Assembly: GCA_035544015.1 (NCBI GenBank)
Contig: DATKIP010000010.1
Coordinates: forward strand, 6,449-70,448
Reading direction: 5' to 3'
DNA from: Candidatus Saccharimonadia bacterium
GTDB taxonomy: Bacteria; Patescibacteriota; Saccharimonadia; UBA4664
Length of the DNA stretch: 64,000 nucleotides
The notes beneath the pieces are model-generated. The model was not told the origin of the DNA and made no database searches. It saw nothing but the letters and a program-made list of their open reading frames with translations. Position 1 is the stretch's first letter; the number at the start of each line of letters is the position of its first letter. Positions 18,628 through 28,832 of the stretch are shown here, one piece after another. The translations under genes were made by a program, and so were the position numbers.

Positions 18628-21600
18628 CTACCACCTCGTCAGATAAGGTAATGTGATAGTCCCCAACCGCACATCACCTGTGGTGGCCGCCGCCGTCAGG
18701 TGAATCCGGACGATCATATTCGAACCCTGAGTGTACGTACCCGTGATCGCCGGCGTCGTCACGCTGCGCGCCGTCCAAGTGGTACTCACCGTCAGCGCCG
18801 ACGCGTTGTAGTTGGTAGCCACCGTGCCCGCTGTATCGGTAATCGTCACCGACATCGAGCTACCCGCGCTGCCATACGTCCAAAACGTCGGCGAACCCGT
18901 CCAGGCGCTGAAATCATCGGGCACCGGCACCGTCGCCACGATGTCGTAATCTTGAGCCGTACCTTGGCTCGTCACCCATTTGTAGTACCCAAAGCGCTGT
19001 GTCGATTCGTATGCCGCCGTCATCGTCCCCGTATTATTCGAACCATCCGCATCCAGCACCGCTCCCGCAAATTCCCCCGTCAGCCGCACCGCCGAGGCAT
19101 GCCGCGCCGTTCCCGCAAACGTCACCTCCTTGGTAGTCGCATCAAACGTCGCGTTATTGGTGCCGTCTCCCACCCGAATCGTCCCCGCAAACTCACTCGA
19201 CCCGCTCACGTAGAGCGCCGCCGTAGCATTCGCTCCCCCGCTGCCGAGCGTCGGCGTCCCCGTACCAATGCGCACCTTGAAGTTGGCCGTATCCACCTGC
19301 ATCGCATAGCTCGACGACGTCCCGCCCAGATAGGTAGTCCCCGCCGCCGTCACGATGCCGTTGGCCTGCACCCCAAACACATCCGCCGCATTCGCCTGCA
19401 GCCTCAGCAAGTAGTTCGCGCTCACCGTGCTCTTATTAATGAAAATACTCGGGTTCGCACTCGCATCCGCCTGCGCCGTCCCCGGCGCCAGCTGAATGTA
19501 CCCGTTCGCATAATACGCCGCGTACGTCGTGCCGCACGTAGCCGCCAACGTCGAGCACAGCTGGTAGGTGCCGGCCGTACCAGCCGCAAATTGATAAATA
19601 ATATTGCCCGTCGGGTTGGCAAACTGCAAGCTCGTGGTATTCGTACCATTCGACACCGTCAGCGCGCTCGACGTGTTGCCCTGCAAACTCAGCGTGCCCC
19701 CCGCACGACCGATATTCAGCGTGGATGCGTTCGTCGTCCCAATGCTCACCGCCACCGCCGCATTAGCGTCAATGGTGCCCGCCGTATTAAACTGCAAGCT
19801 CGACAGCCCACTCACCGCACCCGCACTCGTAATGCCCCCGGCGTTGTTGTTAATACCGCTGAAAATGCTCGCACCCGCATTCGCCGTCAGCGCCGCCGTG
19901 TTCACCGTGGCCCCCGAGCTAAACGTCGCCGCGTTCGTCACCGTCAGGCTGCTGGCCGTGAGCAAGCCACCCGTCCCTACCGTGCCCGTGAAGCTCGCGG
20001 TGCTCGAAATTGTTTGTCCGTTAATCGTACTCGCCGTCGTCACCGCCCCCGCTGCGTTCACCGAGAATTTGCTCGTTTCCGTCCCGCTCGGACCGCTCCA
20101 CAGATCGATCAAATTGCCGCCCACCGAGGCATTCGTCAGCTTGGCATAAATCAGCGCCTCACCCGCCCCAGCGTTCGCCGCCGCCGTCACCTTGAGCGTG
20201 CTGGCCGTGCCGGTGCCGTTGGCGAGCACAAGCACATTCGAGGCCAGCGAGCCGTTGTTGCTAAATTGATACAGAAACTGTCCCGCCGTCAGATTGGCGC
20301 TCGAGGTCTCGTTGGCCGTCCCCTTGCGCAAATAGCCCGTGCTGCCCGCCCCGCACGAATTCAAGTCCGAGGTACAAATCGTGTACGTCGTGTTGGTCGT
20401 CGGGCTCGCAAACTGGTACGTGCCGGCACCCGCGATGGTCGCAAAATTCACGCTCACCGTATTGGCACCGTTGGTCGCGGTAATCTTGGTACTATTGCCG
20501 CCTTGCAGGGTCAACGTCTGCGTCGTCGATCCCACCGTCATAGCCGCGCTCGGCGTGATCGTGTTGCTCTGCAGCGTCATGCCCTGGGTGATCACCTGGC
20601 TACCGACCGTATCCACCGCAAACTGCGACACCCCACTCGCATTCTGCACATCAAAGGCCGTCGCCGAATCCGTCCCGTTGGCCTTCACGACCACCGATCC
20701 CGTCGTGCCGCTGCCGCCGGTCGCTCCCGCCTGCAGCACCAGGTTGCCGCCGTTGTTGGCTCCCGTGCCGCTCGTGCCGGCCTTAATCGTCAAACTGTTG
20801 CCGGCCCCGCTCGCCGCCGCGGCCACCGACAGCGTCCGCGCCCCGCCCGACGTGAACGTCACATTGGCCGCCGCCAGCCCCACTGTGGTCGCCGCCAGCA
20901 CCACCCCGCCCCCGGCCGCACTGCCGCCCTGCACCGTGGTGATGTTGCCAGCGTTGGCCGCCGTCGAGCCAATCGTCACCACCTGCGCCCCCGTCGCGCT
21001 CGTAGTGTCGGCAATGTGCACGCTTGAGGCCGCCGTCTGCACCCCCACCGCGCCCACATTCACCGCCGTGCCGTTCAGGTTCAAATTGGCCGCCGCGCTC
21101 ACGCCCAAATCCCCCGCCGCCGTGCTCCATGTGGCCGCCGCCGCCGAGGTGATCGTGAGCGCGCCCGAGGTCGTCGTGAGCACCGCCGCCGCATTACTCG
21201 TGATACTCACAGCCCCACCCGACTGCGTAAACGCCCCCTGCACCGTAACGCTCTTGCCACTTGCCACCGTCACATTTTGGTTCAAATTAATCCCGGCGGT
21301 CGCGTTCGTCGTACCGATATTCAGCGTCGTCGTGCCGCTCGGCGTGTCCAGCAGCGGCGTCAGCAGCGATGTATTCGCCCGCCCCGTCCCGCTAATCTGA
21401 TAATTCCCCGTCTGCGTCGTACCCGTGCGGTTCAAAATATAACCCGTACCCGTCGTGCCGTCGCAGTTGCCCGAGTCTGCACACAGCGTCCCGCTCGTAT
21501 CCGGCAGCACCAAGCTCCGCGCACCCGTGGGAGTCGCCGAGGTCAGTGTCAGCTGATTCGTGTTGGTAGCGTCATTAAAAATGAAGCTACTGCTCGCCGC

Positions 21601-24600
21601 CAGCCCCTGCAGCGACACCGCCACCCCACTCGCCGTCGCCGCGTTGCGCCCGATGTTCACGTTCAGCGCGTTCGTTGCCCCGATGTTCACGTTGCCCGCA
21701 AACCCCGAGCCGTTCTTCGACCCAGCGTCGATCGTCACGTTCCCCGAGCTCGCATTCGCCGCCGTCCCGTTGCCCGACCGCAGCGTCACCCCCGCCGAGG
21801 AGCCGCTCGCCACATCCGCCGTCGCAAACAGCGGCGCCACCAAGCTCACCCCCGCCACACCCGTGTTCGAAATATTGAAATTCGAGCTCGCCTGCTGGCT
21901 GGTTTGGTTAATGATGTACGAACCCGCCGACCCTAGCAAAAACCCGCAGTTGGCCGAATTTTGAATACACAGCGTACCGCCCTCATCCGGCAACACCAGC
22001 GCTCGGGTATTCGTCGGCGTCGCAAATGTCAGCGCCGAGGTAAACCCGCCGCCCGTCCCCGTGATCTTCGAGCCGCCGAGTCCCGCCGCCCCCTGTAGCG
22101 TAAAGTTCTGCGTCATGCGGCCGATCGCCACCGAAGTCGCCGTGGCCGAACCAATGCTCAAAGCCCCCGCGCTCGGCGTATCGAGGCTAATCGTCTTCAC
22201 CGCCGTGCTGCCCGTGATCGTCCCCGCAGCGGTCAAGTCGCCACTCCCAGTCACACTGAAGTTGCTGGCCGTGATCAAGTTCGTCCCAAACGTCCCACTA
22301 AAATTAATCCCATTCGTCACGTTGGCACCCTGGATTTTGAGCGCATCCGTCACCGTGATCTGATTGCCCGTCGCCGTATCGTTGTTGGCCAGGTTCAAGA
22401 TCGACGCCACCGTGCTATCGGCCGGCGAGCCACCGTTGGCCGCCACCGCCAGGTTCGCCACCGTTTCGGTGTTGCCCGCCACCGTCGCCGCCTGCACAAA
22501 TTCCAGGTCGAGCCCCGCGATCAAATTCGCGCCGCTCACCGCCGTCGTCGCCTGCGCGTTCGTCGGATTGAGCGAAATCGCACTCCACGCCGTATTGGCC
22601 GCCGTATTATTCGCCGACGTCACCTTAAAAGCCGAGCCAGTCGTCAGCGCATTGGCCGTAATCGTGTGCGCGTCACCCGTCCCCGTAAACGCCTGCGCAA
22701 ACGTGCCGGCGCCGCTCGCCAAGCTCAAATTTTTGCCCGCCGCCACCGTCGTATTCTGGTTGAGGTTAATCGCCGTCGCGTTCGTCGTACCCACCGCCAG
22801 AGCCACGGCCGTCGCCGTATCGAGCAGTGGCGTTTGCAGCGACGTATCGAGCCGGCCCGTCCCCGAAATCCAGAAATTGGCCGAAGTCTGCTGAGCCGCA
22901 TTTTGGTTCAAAATAGCACTCGCGGCCGTCGCCGTACAGCCACTCGCCGTACAAACATTCGTCCCGCCAATTTTGTACGCCGAACCCGAAGCAATATTGG
23001 CGTCTCCGTTCACATCCAGCTTGTAGCTCGGGCTCAGCCCAATACCCACGTTTCCACCCGACAGCGCCGTGATCAGATCGGTCGACCCCGACCGCACTGC
23101 AATATTGCCGCCCGTTGTCTTCAAGTAGCCAGTGGTAGTGGTGCCCTCCCACGAGAAGCCCAAAATGTTGTTCTCGTCGGGGCTAAACAACCCCACCGCC
23201 GGCTGTACTGGCGTCGCCACATAGCTCGAGCCGTTCCACCCCCGCCGGTCAAACACCGAGATCGCCCGCGAATTCGTCGCCGCTCCCGACGGCAACCCAA
23301 ACGCCAGCACCTGCCCCGAACCACCCGGATCATACAACGGAATATTAATCTTCGTATCCACCCCCGACCCCACCGGCGTCGTAAACGTGTCCACGTACGC
23401 ACTGCTCGAACCGCTCAGCCGCAGCGCCCCCTTCACCTCCAGGCCTTCGTGCGCCAGCGTCGGCGCCGTACTCCCGCCCAAGGCAATGCCCACCCGGCTG
23501 TTGGTCGTGTCAACCGTGAACACGTTCGCATTGGTGCCACCCGCCGGCGTCTTGACGCTAAACGCCGCCGTACTCGTAGCCGTCGGCTGCACCACCGTCA
23601 CGCCACCGAGCGACACCGCTCCCGTACCCGTCCCAAACGTCCCGCTACCGCTTTGCAAAAAGTTCCCGCTCGCCTGCGCGTAACCCGTAATCCCGCTCAA
23701 GCCCCCCGCACTCGACACATCAAAGTTGGTCGAATCAATCGCAAGCGGCGCCGCCCCGCCCCCCAACGTAATCGCACCTGTAGCCGCGCCAATGTTTAGA
23801 TTCACCGCCCCCGTCGCGGTCAAACCACCCGTACCCTGAATCAATCCCGTCCCCGAATTCACGCCCACGCCCACCACCGCCCCCGCCTGGCTCACGCTGA
23901 AGTTGCTCGCCGTGATCAAATTCGTCCCAAATGTCCCACTCAAATTAATCCCGTTCGTCACATTCGCACCGTTAATTTTCAGCGCGTCCGTCACCGCAAT
24001 CTGATTCCCCGTCGCCGTGTCATTATTGGCGAGGTTCAAGATCGAACCCACCACGCTATCGGCCGGCGAGCCGCTGTTGGCCGCCACCGCCAAATTCGCT
24101 ACCGTTTCAGTGTTGCCCGCCACCGTCGCGCTCTGCGCAAATTGCACATCGAGCCCGGCGATCGTCCCCCCGCTCACCGCCGTCGTACCCTGGGCATTGG
24201 TCACCGCCAGCGCGACGGCGCTCCACGGCGTGTTGGCCGCCGAATTATTGCTCGATGTCACCCGCAATGCCGCTCCCGTCGTCAGCGAGTTCGCGGTCAA
24301 AGAATCCGCATCCGTGCCCTGCGCATTCGACGACCGCGTCACCGCCCCCGACTGGGCCACCGCAAACCGGCTCGTACCACCCTGCTGCAAATCCACCAAA
24401 TTCCCACTCGGACTACCCGCCTGATTATTCACCTTCAGCAGCGCCGCCCCCGCCCCCGGGTTCGCATTGGCCACAAGGTTGAGCGTCGAGCCCGTGCCTT
24501 GGTTGGTCAGATCAAGCACCCGGTTGCCGCTCGTGCTCGTGTTGGTCAACGCCAGCAGCGCCCCCGTCACGCTCGCACTCGAGGTATCCTGCGCGTTCTT

Positions 24601-25395
24601 GAGCAAATAGCCGGTCGCGCTCGCTGCCTGATACGTCGCGCTGCACGTGGTCGCCACCGTCGTACACAGCGTACCGCCCGCATCCGGAAAACTAATCGCA
24701 TTCGTACCCGTCGGCGTCACAAAACTCACCGTGGTCGTGTTCGCCCCATTCGTCGCCGTAAACACCGAGCTCGCATTGCCCTGAATCGTAAACGACGTAC
24801 TCGTTCGCCCCACCGTCACGCTCGTCGCCGTCCCAGTGCCAATCGACAATGCCGACGCCGTCGCCGTATCCACCAACGGCGCCTGCAGCGAGGTCGCCGC
24901 CTGCACGCTACCCGTCACGTTGAGCGAACCACTCTGCGCCGAGGCCGGGTTCAACTGCGCAAACGCCGAGCTGTCCAGCCCATCCAAAAGATCCGAGTTG
25001 AACGCGTACGGGCTAGCCGTAAATTGAATCCGCGGGCTCATCTCGCCATCAGTATTGAAATTGATTCCGAGGTAAATATTGTCGGTGTTAAAATCTACCG
25101 ATCCCGGCAAGCCCGTCACCGAGCCCAAATTGGTTTGGAAAATCCCATCAGTCACGGTCAAGGTTTTGCTTTCGGTCCAGATCGCCGACCCGCCGGAGCT
25201 CACCGAGTACAACTTAAACACAAACCCGTAGCTCCCGTCGGTCACATTCGTACCGTTCGAATTCACCACCTTGCCCTGAAAGTTGACCTGCTTGTTGATG
25301 CCAGTAGCGGCCACCGCCGGCCCGGCCCACGACGCCATCACCACGCTCACCAGTATCCCAAAAACCCCAGTCGCCGTCAGCGCCCTGGTTACCAT
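18628..25395 (-). CDS. giant secreted fibrous surface protein (about 2250 aa), paralogous N-terminal module to the 1928-6145 protein, internally duplicated, no anchor
   Basis: Signal MVTRALTATGVFGILVSVVMASWAGPAVA then mature ATGINKQVNFQGKVVNSNGTNVTDGSYGFVFKLYS. The long segment NTETVANLAVAAN...TNLITASNFSV occurs twice. ATG at 25393-25395; the ORF-track start 25473 is an upstream extension. Confidence 0.8.
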   Translation of the reverse strand: MVTRALTATGVFGILVSVVMASWAGPAVAATGINKQVNFQGKVVNSNGTNVTDGSYGFVFKLYSVSSGGSAIWTESKTLTVTDGIFQTNLGSVTGLPGSVDFNTDNIYLGINFNTDGEMSPRIQFTASPYAFNSDLLDGLDSSAFAQLNPASAQSGSLNVTGSVQAATSLQAPLVDTATASALSIGTGTATSVTVGRTSTSFTIQGNASSVFTATNGANTTTVSFVTPTGTNAISFPDAGGTLCTTVATTCSATYQAASATGYLLKNAQDTSSASVTGALLALTNTSTSGNRVLDLTNQGTGSTLNLVANANPGAGAALLKVNNQAGSPSGNLVDLQQGGTSRFAVAQSGAVTRSSNAQGTDADSLTANSLTTGAALRVTSSNNSAANTPWSAVALAVTNAQGTTAVSGGTIAGLDVQFAQSATVAGNTETVANLAVAANSGSPADSVVGSILNLANNDTATGNQIAVTDALKINGANVTNGINLSGTFGTNLITASNFSVSQAGAVVGVGVNSGTGLIQGTGGLTATGAVNLNIGAATGAITLGGGAAPLAIDSTNFDVSSAGGLSGITGYAQASGNFLQSGSGTFGTGTGAVSLGGVTVVQPTATSTAAFSVKTPAGGTNANVFTVDTTNSRVGIALGGSTAPTLAHEGLEVKGALRLSGSSSAYVDTFTTPVGSGVDTKINIPLYDPGGSGQVLAFGLPSGAATNSRAISVFDRRGWNGSSYVATPVQPAVGLFSPDENNILGFSWEGTTTTGYLKTTGGNIAVRSGSTDLITALSGGNVGIGLSPSYKLDVNGDANIASGSAYKIGGTNVCTASGCTATAASAILNQNAAQQTSANFWISGTGRLDTSLQTPLLDTATAVALAVGTTNATAINLNQNTTVAAGKNLSLASGAGTFAQAFTGTGDAHTITANALTTGSAFKVTSANNTAANTAWSAISLNPTNAQATTAVSGANLIAGLDLEFVQAATVAGNTETVANLAVAANGGSPADSTVASILNLANNDTATGNQITVTDALKIQGANVTNGINFSGTFGTNLITASNFSVTGSGDLTAAGTITGSTAVKTISLDTPSAGALSIGSATATSVAIGRMTQNFTLQGAAGLGGSKITGTGGGFTSALTFATPTNTRALVLPDEGGTLCIQNSANCGFLLGSAGSYIINQTSQQASSNFNISNTGVAGVSLVAPLFATADVASGSSAGVTLRSGNGTAANASSGNVTIDAGSKNGSGFAGNVNIGATNALNVNIGRNAATASGVAVSLQGLAASSSFIFNDATNTNQLTLTSATPTGARSLVLPDTSGTLCADSGNCDGTTGTGYILNRTGTTQTGNYQISGTGRANTSLLTPLLDTPSGTTTLNIGTTNATAGINLNQNVTVASGKSVTVQGAFTQSGGAVSITSNAAAVLTTTSGALTITSAAAATWSTAAGDLGVSAAANLNLNGTAVNVGAVGVQTAASSVHIADTTSATGAQVVTIGSTAANAGNITTVQGGSAAGGGVVLAATTVGLAAANVTFTSGGARTLSVAAAASGAGNSLTIKAGTSGTGANNGGNLVLQAGATGGSGTTGSVVVKANGTDSATAFDVQNASGVSQFAVDTVGSQVITQGMTLQSNTITPSAAMTVGSTTQTLTLQGGNSTKITATNGANTVSVNFATIAGAGTYQFASPTTNTTYTICTSDLNSCGAGSTGYLRKGTANETSSANLTAGQFLYQFSNNGSLASNVLVLANGTGTASTLKVTAAANAGAGEALIYAKLTNASVGGNLIDLWSGPSGTETSKFSVNAAGAVTTASTINGQTISSTASFTGTVGTGGLLTASSLTVTNAATFSSGATVNTAALTANAGASIFSGINNNAGGITSAGAVSGLSSLQFNTAGTIDANAAVAVSIGTTNASTLNIGRAGGTLSLQGNTSSALTVSNGTNTTSLQFANPTGNIIYQFAAGTAGTYQLCSTLAATCGTTYAAYYANGYIQLAPGTAQADASANPSIFINKSTVSANYLLRLQANAADVFGVQANGIVTAAGTTYLGGTSSSYAMQVDTANFKVRIGTGTPTLGSGGANATAALYVSGSSEFAGTIRVGDGTNNATFDATTKEVTFAGTARHASAVRLTGEFAGAVLDADGSNNTGTMTAAYESTQRFGYYKWVTSQGTAQDYDIVATVPVPDDFSAWTGSPTFWTYGSAGSSMSVTITDTAGTVATNYNASALTVSTTWTARSVTTPAITGTYTQGSNMIVRIHLTAAATTGDVRLGTITLPYLTRW
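22250..22650. repeat. intragenic direct repeat, copy 2 (about 85-90% identical to 23891-24295)
   Basis: gtcacactgaagttgctggccgtgatcaagttcgtccc... aligns with ctcacgctgaagttgctcgccgtgatcaaattcgtccc... 1641 nt away. Antisense ORFs 22364-22894 and 24017-24424 translate to near-identical peptides. Confidence 0.7.
23891..24295. repeat. intragenic direct repeat, copy 1
   Basis: See copy 2; the offset of 1641 nt equals 547 codons, matching the duplicated protein segment. Confidence 0.7.
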
Positions 25396-25483
25396 GCGTC
25401 GGCTGTTTCCACCCGTTACCCGAAATCTTCGACTCGTTGCGAGACGACTGGGTACGCGCACACCTTCACACAATTACTCCCTA

Positions 25484-25512
25484 AGCATAGCCATTTTCCA
25501 GGTAAAACACAA
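25484..25512 (-). promoter_or_regulatory. candidate sigma70-type promoter for the giant-protein genes (TTGTGT-17-TATGCT on the - strand)
   Basis: Reverse complement reads TTGTGTtttacctggaaaatggcTATGCT, about 90 nt upstream of the 25395 start. Confidence 0.4.
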
Positions 25513-25634
25513 GCATTATCAGCCCCAAAATGCCTCTGGTGACGACACCCGCTCTCCCCCTCGCTCCGCACTCTCCGAAACTATATTCCCGGGGACATGA
25601 ATTTTAACCCAAGCTCACGCACCAGATCATCAAA

Positions 25635-26579
25635 TTATCGGCGGTGACGCGGCCGCACCCACAACCACCACGCCAACCCGCCCACCGCCGCGAGCGCCAG
25701 CAACCCCACCATCCACACCACTATGGCTCCCGCATACCAAAAACCGGTCACCAACGTCTTGGTAGCCTCCGTGCCGTCGTACCGGTATGTAGTTGTCAGC
25801 GAATACCGTCCCGGCAACCACGCCACCTTCGTGCCCAGCAAACCGACCCGATAGCGCCGAAAACTTTCGGGCAAAATTACTCCCGACGCCTCGTTGATAG
25901 CCGCTCGCTCCACCACCCGCCCCACCGGGTCCTTCACCTCCACCACCCCGCGCGGCACCACATGCACGTTGCCGCCGTTTTGAAACCGCAGCTCCACCCG
26001 ACCCGGCAACCGCACCCACCCCGCCGCGCTCGTCTGCGACGCCAAGCGCAAATCAACCTGCTGGCCACCATCCTTCACCGCCAACACCAAGCTCGAAAGT
26101 ACCTGCTTCACTCCCACCTGCTGACTCGCCGGCTGCCCGGCGTCATCCACCGCCGTCGCCAACACCGCCCCATAATGGCCGCCCGGCGCTAGCGTAGCGC
26201 GGTTATCAATCGTTACCAACACCTCCATCGTCGCCCCTGCCGACACAAACACCGCATTCTTCTCGAGCACCATCCACGACGCCAACCCATACTTGTGCAC
26301 GAGCTCGCTCGCCGGCGTGCCCAAAAACGCCACCCCACCTTGCTCGTCGAGCGCCCCAAAGTCCACCACGCTCAACCGAAAATTCTGATCGGTCGGGTTG
26401 CGATTCGTTAACTTCAGCGCATACTGCACACTCGGCTTATCCGCCGGCACCACCACCTGCGCAAACGCCGGTGATACCACAAGACCCGTCCCGCCCGTCG
26501 CCGCGCTCGCCCATCCTGGCCAAAAACCGCTCACCAAAGCAAAAATAATCCCAGCGCACCACGCTCTCCCCCGCCGCAT
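25635..26579 (-). CDS. DUF916/DUF3324-like (CscA-like) surface protein with C-terminal TM anchor
   Basis: Start at MRRGRAWCAGIIFALVSGFWPGWASA signal (ATG 26577-26579). FQNGGNVHVVPRG. C-terminal GFWYAGAIVVWMVGLLALAAVGGLAWWLWVRPRHRR. Confidence 0.55.
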   Translation of the reverse strand: MRRGRAWCAGIIFALVSGFWPGWASAATGGTGLVVSPAFAQVVVPADKPSVQYALKLTNRNPTDQNFRLSVVDFGALDEQGGVAFLGTPASELVHKYGLASWMVLEKNAVFVSAGATMEVLVTIDNRATLAPGGHYGAVLATAVDDAGQPASQQVGVKQVLSSLVLAVKDGGQQVDLRLASQTSAAGWVRLPGRVELRFQNGGNVHVVPRGVVEVKDPVGRVVERAAINEASGVILPESFRRYRVGLLGTKVAWLPGRYSLTTTYRYDGTEATKTLVTGFWYAGAIVVWMVGLLALAAVGGLAWWLWVRPRHRR

Positions 26580-26587
26580 CTCGATAC

Positions 26588-27652
26588 CTACCTTCGGCGC
26601 CGGCCGAGCCGCCGCGCCCCGCGCAAAGTCCCCCGCACCACCGAGTACACTCCAAAGCCCACGATCGCCAACACCACCGCCAGCACCGCCAAGAACCGCC
26701 ATGGAATCACCCAAAACGACACGTCGGCCTCAATCGGCACATCGCGCTTACCATCGTCATACACCGCAAACAAATGCCCCGTATACCGCCCAATCCGCAG
26801 CTTCGTCAGCTGCGTCCAGTCCCACTTGAGTTTTTGGACATGATTGCCGTTCTTGTCCAGCTTCACCTTACCGTCTTCCACCACATCCTCGTACACCGGA
26901 AAACCCTCGGTCCACTCCGATGGATAAACCCGGTTCGATCCCGGCAAAATATTCCCAAACGCACTATTGATCGGCACCACCCCTAGCTGCTTGTTCCCGC
27001 GCATAATGAAAACATCACCATGCGGCACTACGTGCACGTTGCCCGTATTCTTAAACGCTACCTTAAAATCCGCCGGCAAAAACTCATAAATCCGGTGCAT
27101 CGAGGTAAACGAAGCCAGGCCCAGCGTACGTTTCGCATTCGGCGAGCGCGCGTCGAGCAGCACCAACGTAGCCGCCGCCCCCGCCACCGAGTTGGTGCGT
27201 TCGCCTCGCTTCACATCGTCCCCCACGCGCGAAAACGCCACCGCATAGTAATACCCAAACGCCGCCGTTTTCGGCACGTTGATCGTCATTTTCACCGTCT
27301 GCCACACGTTCGCCGGAGCATCAAACTGCGTCTTATCAAACTTTACCCAATCAAAATAATCATCCCCCGGTTGCCGGTCCATCAGCTCCGGTTTGCCCTC
27401 CTCGCCATACGCGCGAAACTTCATGAGCGACACCTTGAGCCGCGCATCACTGCCACTATTTTGTTTTACCCGCAAATCGGCCGACACGCTCTTGCCCGGA
27501 TCCGCCTCCAGATTGATCGGCAGCGGCGAGACCTGCAGCACGAGCGCTCCCGTGCCGGGCGCCGGCGCATCCGCCGCACTCGCCACCGCCGGCGCCAGCC
27601 CCCAAGCCAATGCTAGCGCCACCCCCATTATCCGCACAATCACTCGCTTCAT
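26588..27652 (-). CDS. DUF916/DUF3324-like (CscA-like) surface protein with C-terminal TM anchor
   Basis: Signal MKRVIVRIMGVALALAWGLAPAVASA (ATG 27650-27652). FKNTGNVHVVPHG. C-terminal FWVIPWRFLAVLAVVLAIVGFGVYSVVRGTLRGARRLGRRRR. Confidence 0.55.
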   Translation of the reverse strand: MKRVIVRIMGVALALAWGLAPAVASAADAPAPGTGALVLQVSPLPINLEADPGKSVSADLRVKQNSGSDARLKVSLMKFRAYGEEGKPELMDRQPGDDYFDWVKFDKTQFDAPANVWQTVKMTINVPKTAAFGYYYAVAFSRVGDDVKRGERTNSVAGAAATLVLLDARSPNAKRTLGLASFTSMHRIYEFLPADFKVAFKNTGNVHVVPHGDVFIMRGNKQLGVVPINSAFGNILPGSNRVYPSEWTEGFPVYEDVVEDGKVKLDKNGNHVQKLKWDWTQLTKLRIGRYTGHLFAVYDDGKRDVPIEADVSFWVIPWRFLAVLAVVLAIVGFGVYSVVRGTLRGARRLGRRRR

Positions 27653-27665
27653 CTCAAGACCCAGG

Positions 27666-28724
27666 TTAAAAATTACCGGCGCCCACCACCGTAATCGTGT
27701 CAGTATAATCATTACCCGCCGGCGTTGCCGCCGAAATCGTCGCTCGCTCGATCAGCGAAATCACATCCCCGTTGGCCGTCCCGCCGGTGCACGCAGCAAT
27801 CGGCTGATAGGTGGTGCTAAGCGTACCACCTTGAGCCGTTGTAGCGCCATTATATTCCGCATCAACCGCCAGCGTGCAGCCGCCGCTCGCATCGGTCGTC
27901 AAATCCGTATCGAGCACGTAGCCTTCGGCCCCGCCGTTGATCGTCGACGGCGCACCATTCACCGTGCCGGCCGTCGGGATCGTATAGGTCGTCGAAGCCG
28001 AATGCAGCCCCCCAAACTGATCCTTCGCCCACGCGATCCAGCCGCCCTTGGCGTTCGTGGTCACGGTCGCCGTCACCCCGTTCGTCGATACAATGCCGCC
28101 GGACCCCACCGTCGGGTCAAGGTTGCCCGTAAACGTATCCGCGTACCCGCTGAGCGTCAAAATAAACGACGGCGGCACTACAGCCGTCACCACGATCGAG
28201 TCATCGGTGTTATTCGCCAAAGCCACATACGTAAAGTCCACCACCACGCTACCCGAAGTCTGCGTCTGAATATTCGCCTGCTGGCTATTGGCCGCCGCGG
28301 ACGCCGTCGTGAGCGTACTCGTGCCGGAAAAATTAAAACAATACTGCGTGCCTACTGTGAGGTCGCTCGAAGGAAATGTCGCTGCTTTGGTACCGTTATC
28401 CGCATTCGAAGCCGTCGTAATGCCCGGCCAAGCCGTTGCCGTAGCCGGAATATTGGTTGTAGTCACCGTCCAGTTGGCCGCCGTAGTGTTGAGCGTATAT
28501 GTCGAAGGAAACGTCACGATAACCTTAGCCTCTGTTCCCACCGTGGCGGGCGTGGCGCAAACCATCCCCCCCGTCGCCGTGTTGACCTTCATGCGATCGA
28601 GCCGCACAAAGGCCTGCTGAAATGCCCCCTCGGCCGTTGCCGGGAGGAGCTGTCCCACCACACTGAGCATCAACGCTACAGCCGAAACTACTCTCAAAGA
28701 CGGGCGCCGACTCCAGCGGTGCAT
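27666..28724 (-). CDS. secreted WxL-like surface protein paralog
   Basis: Signal. GMVCATPATVG. C-terminus NDYTDTITVVGAGNF. Confidence 0.5.
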   Translation of the reverse strand: MHRWSRRPSLRVVSAVALMLSVVGQLLPATAEGAFQQAFVRLDRMKVNTATGGMVCATPATVGTEAKVIVTFPSTYTLNTTAANWTVTTTNIPATATAWPGITTASNADNGTKAATFPSSDLTVGTQYCFNFSGTSTLTTASAAANSQQANIQTQTSGSVVVDFTYVALANNTDDSIVVTAVVPPSFILTLSGYADTFTGNLDPTVGSGGIVSTNGVTATVTTNAKGGWIAWAKDQFGGLHSASTTYTIPTAGTVNGAPSTINGGAEGYVLDTDLTTDASGGCTLAVDAEYNGATTAQGGTLSTTYQPIAACTGGTANGDVISLIERATISAATPAGNDYTDTITVVGAGNF

Positions 28725-28832
28725 TCAAACTCCATCAACACTACTTGCTCAGTAGTGTATCCGAAGCATAAGAAGCATGCAACTGCCTATCGGTCTGTGA
28801 GGCCGAAAGACCCGCGCTTCATTACCTTCCTC

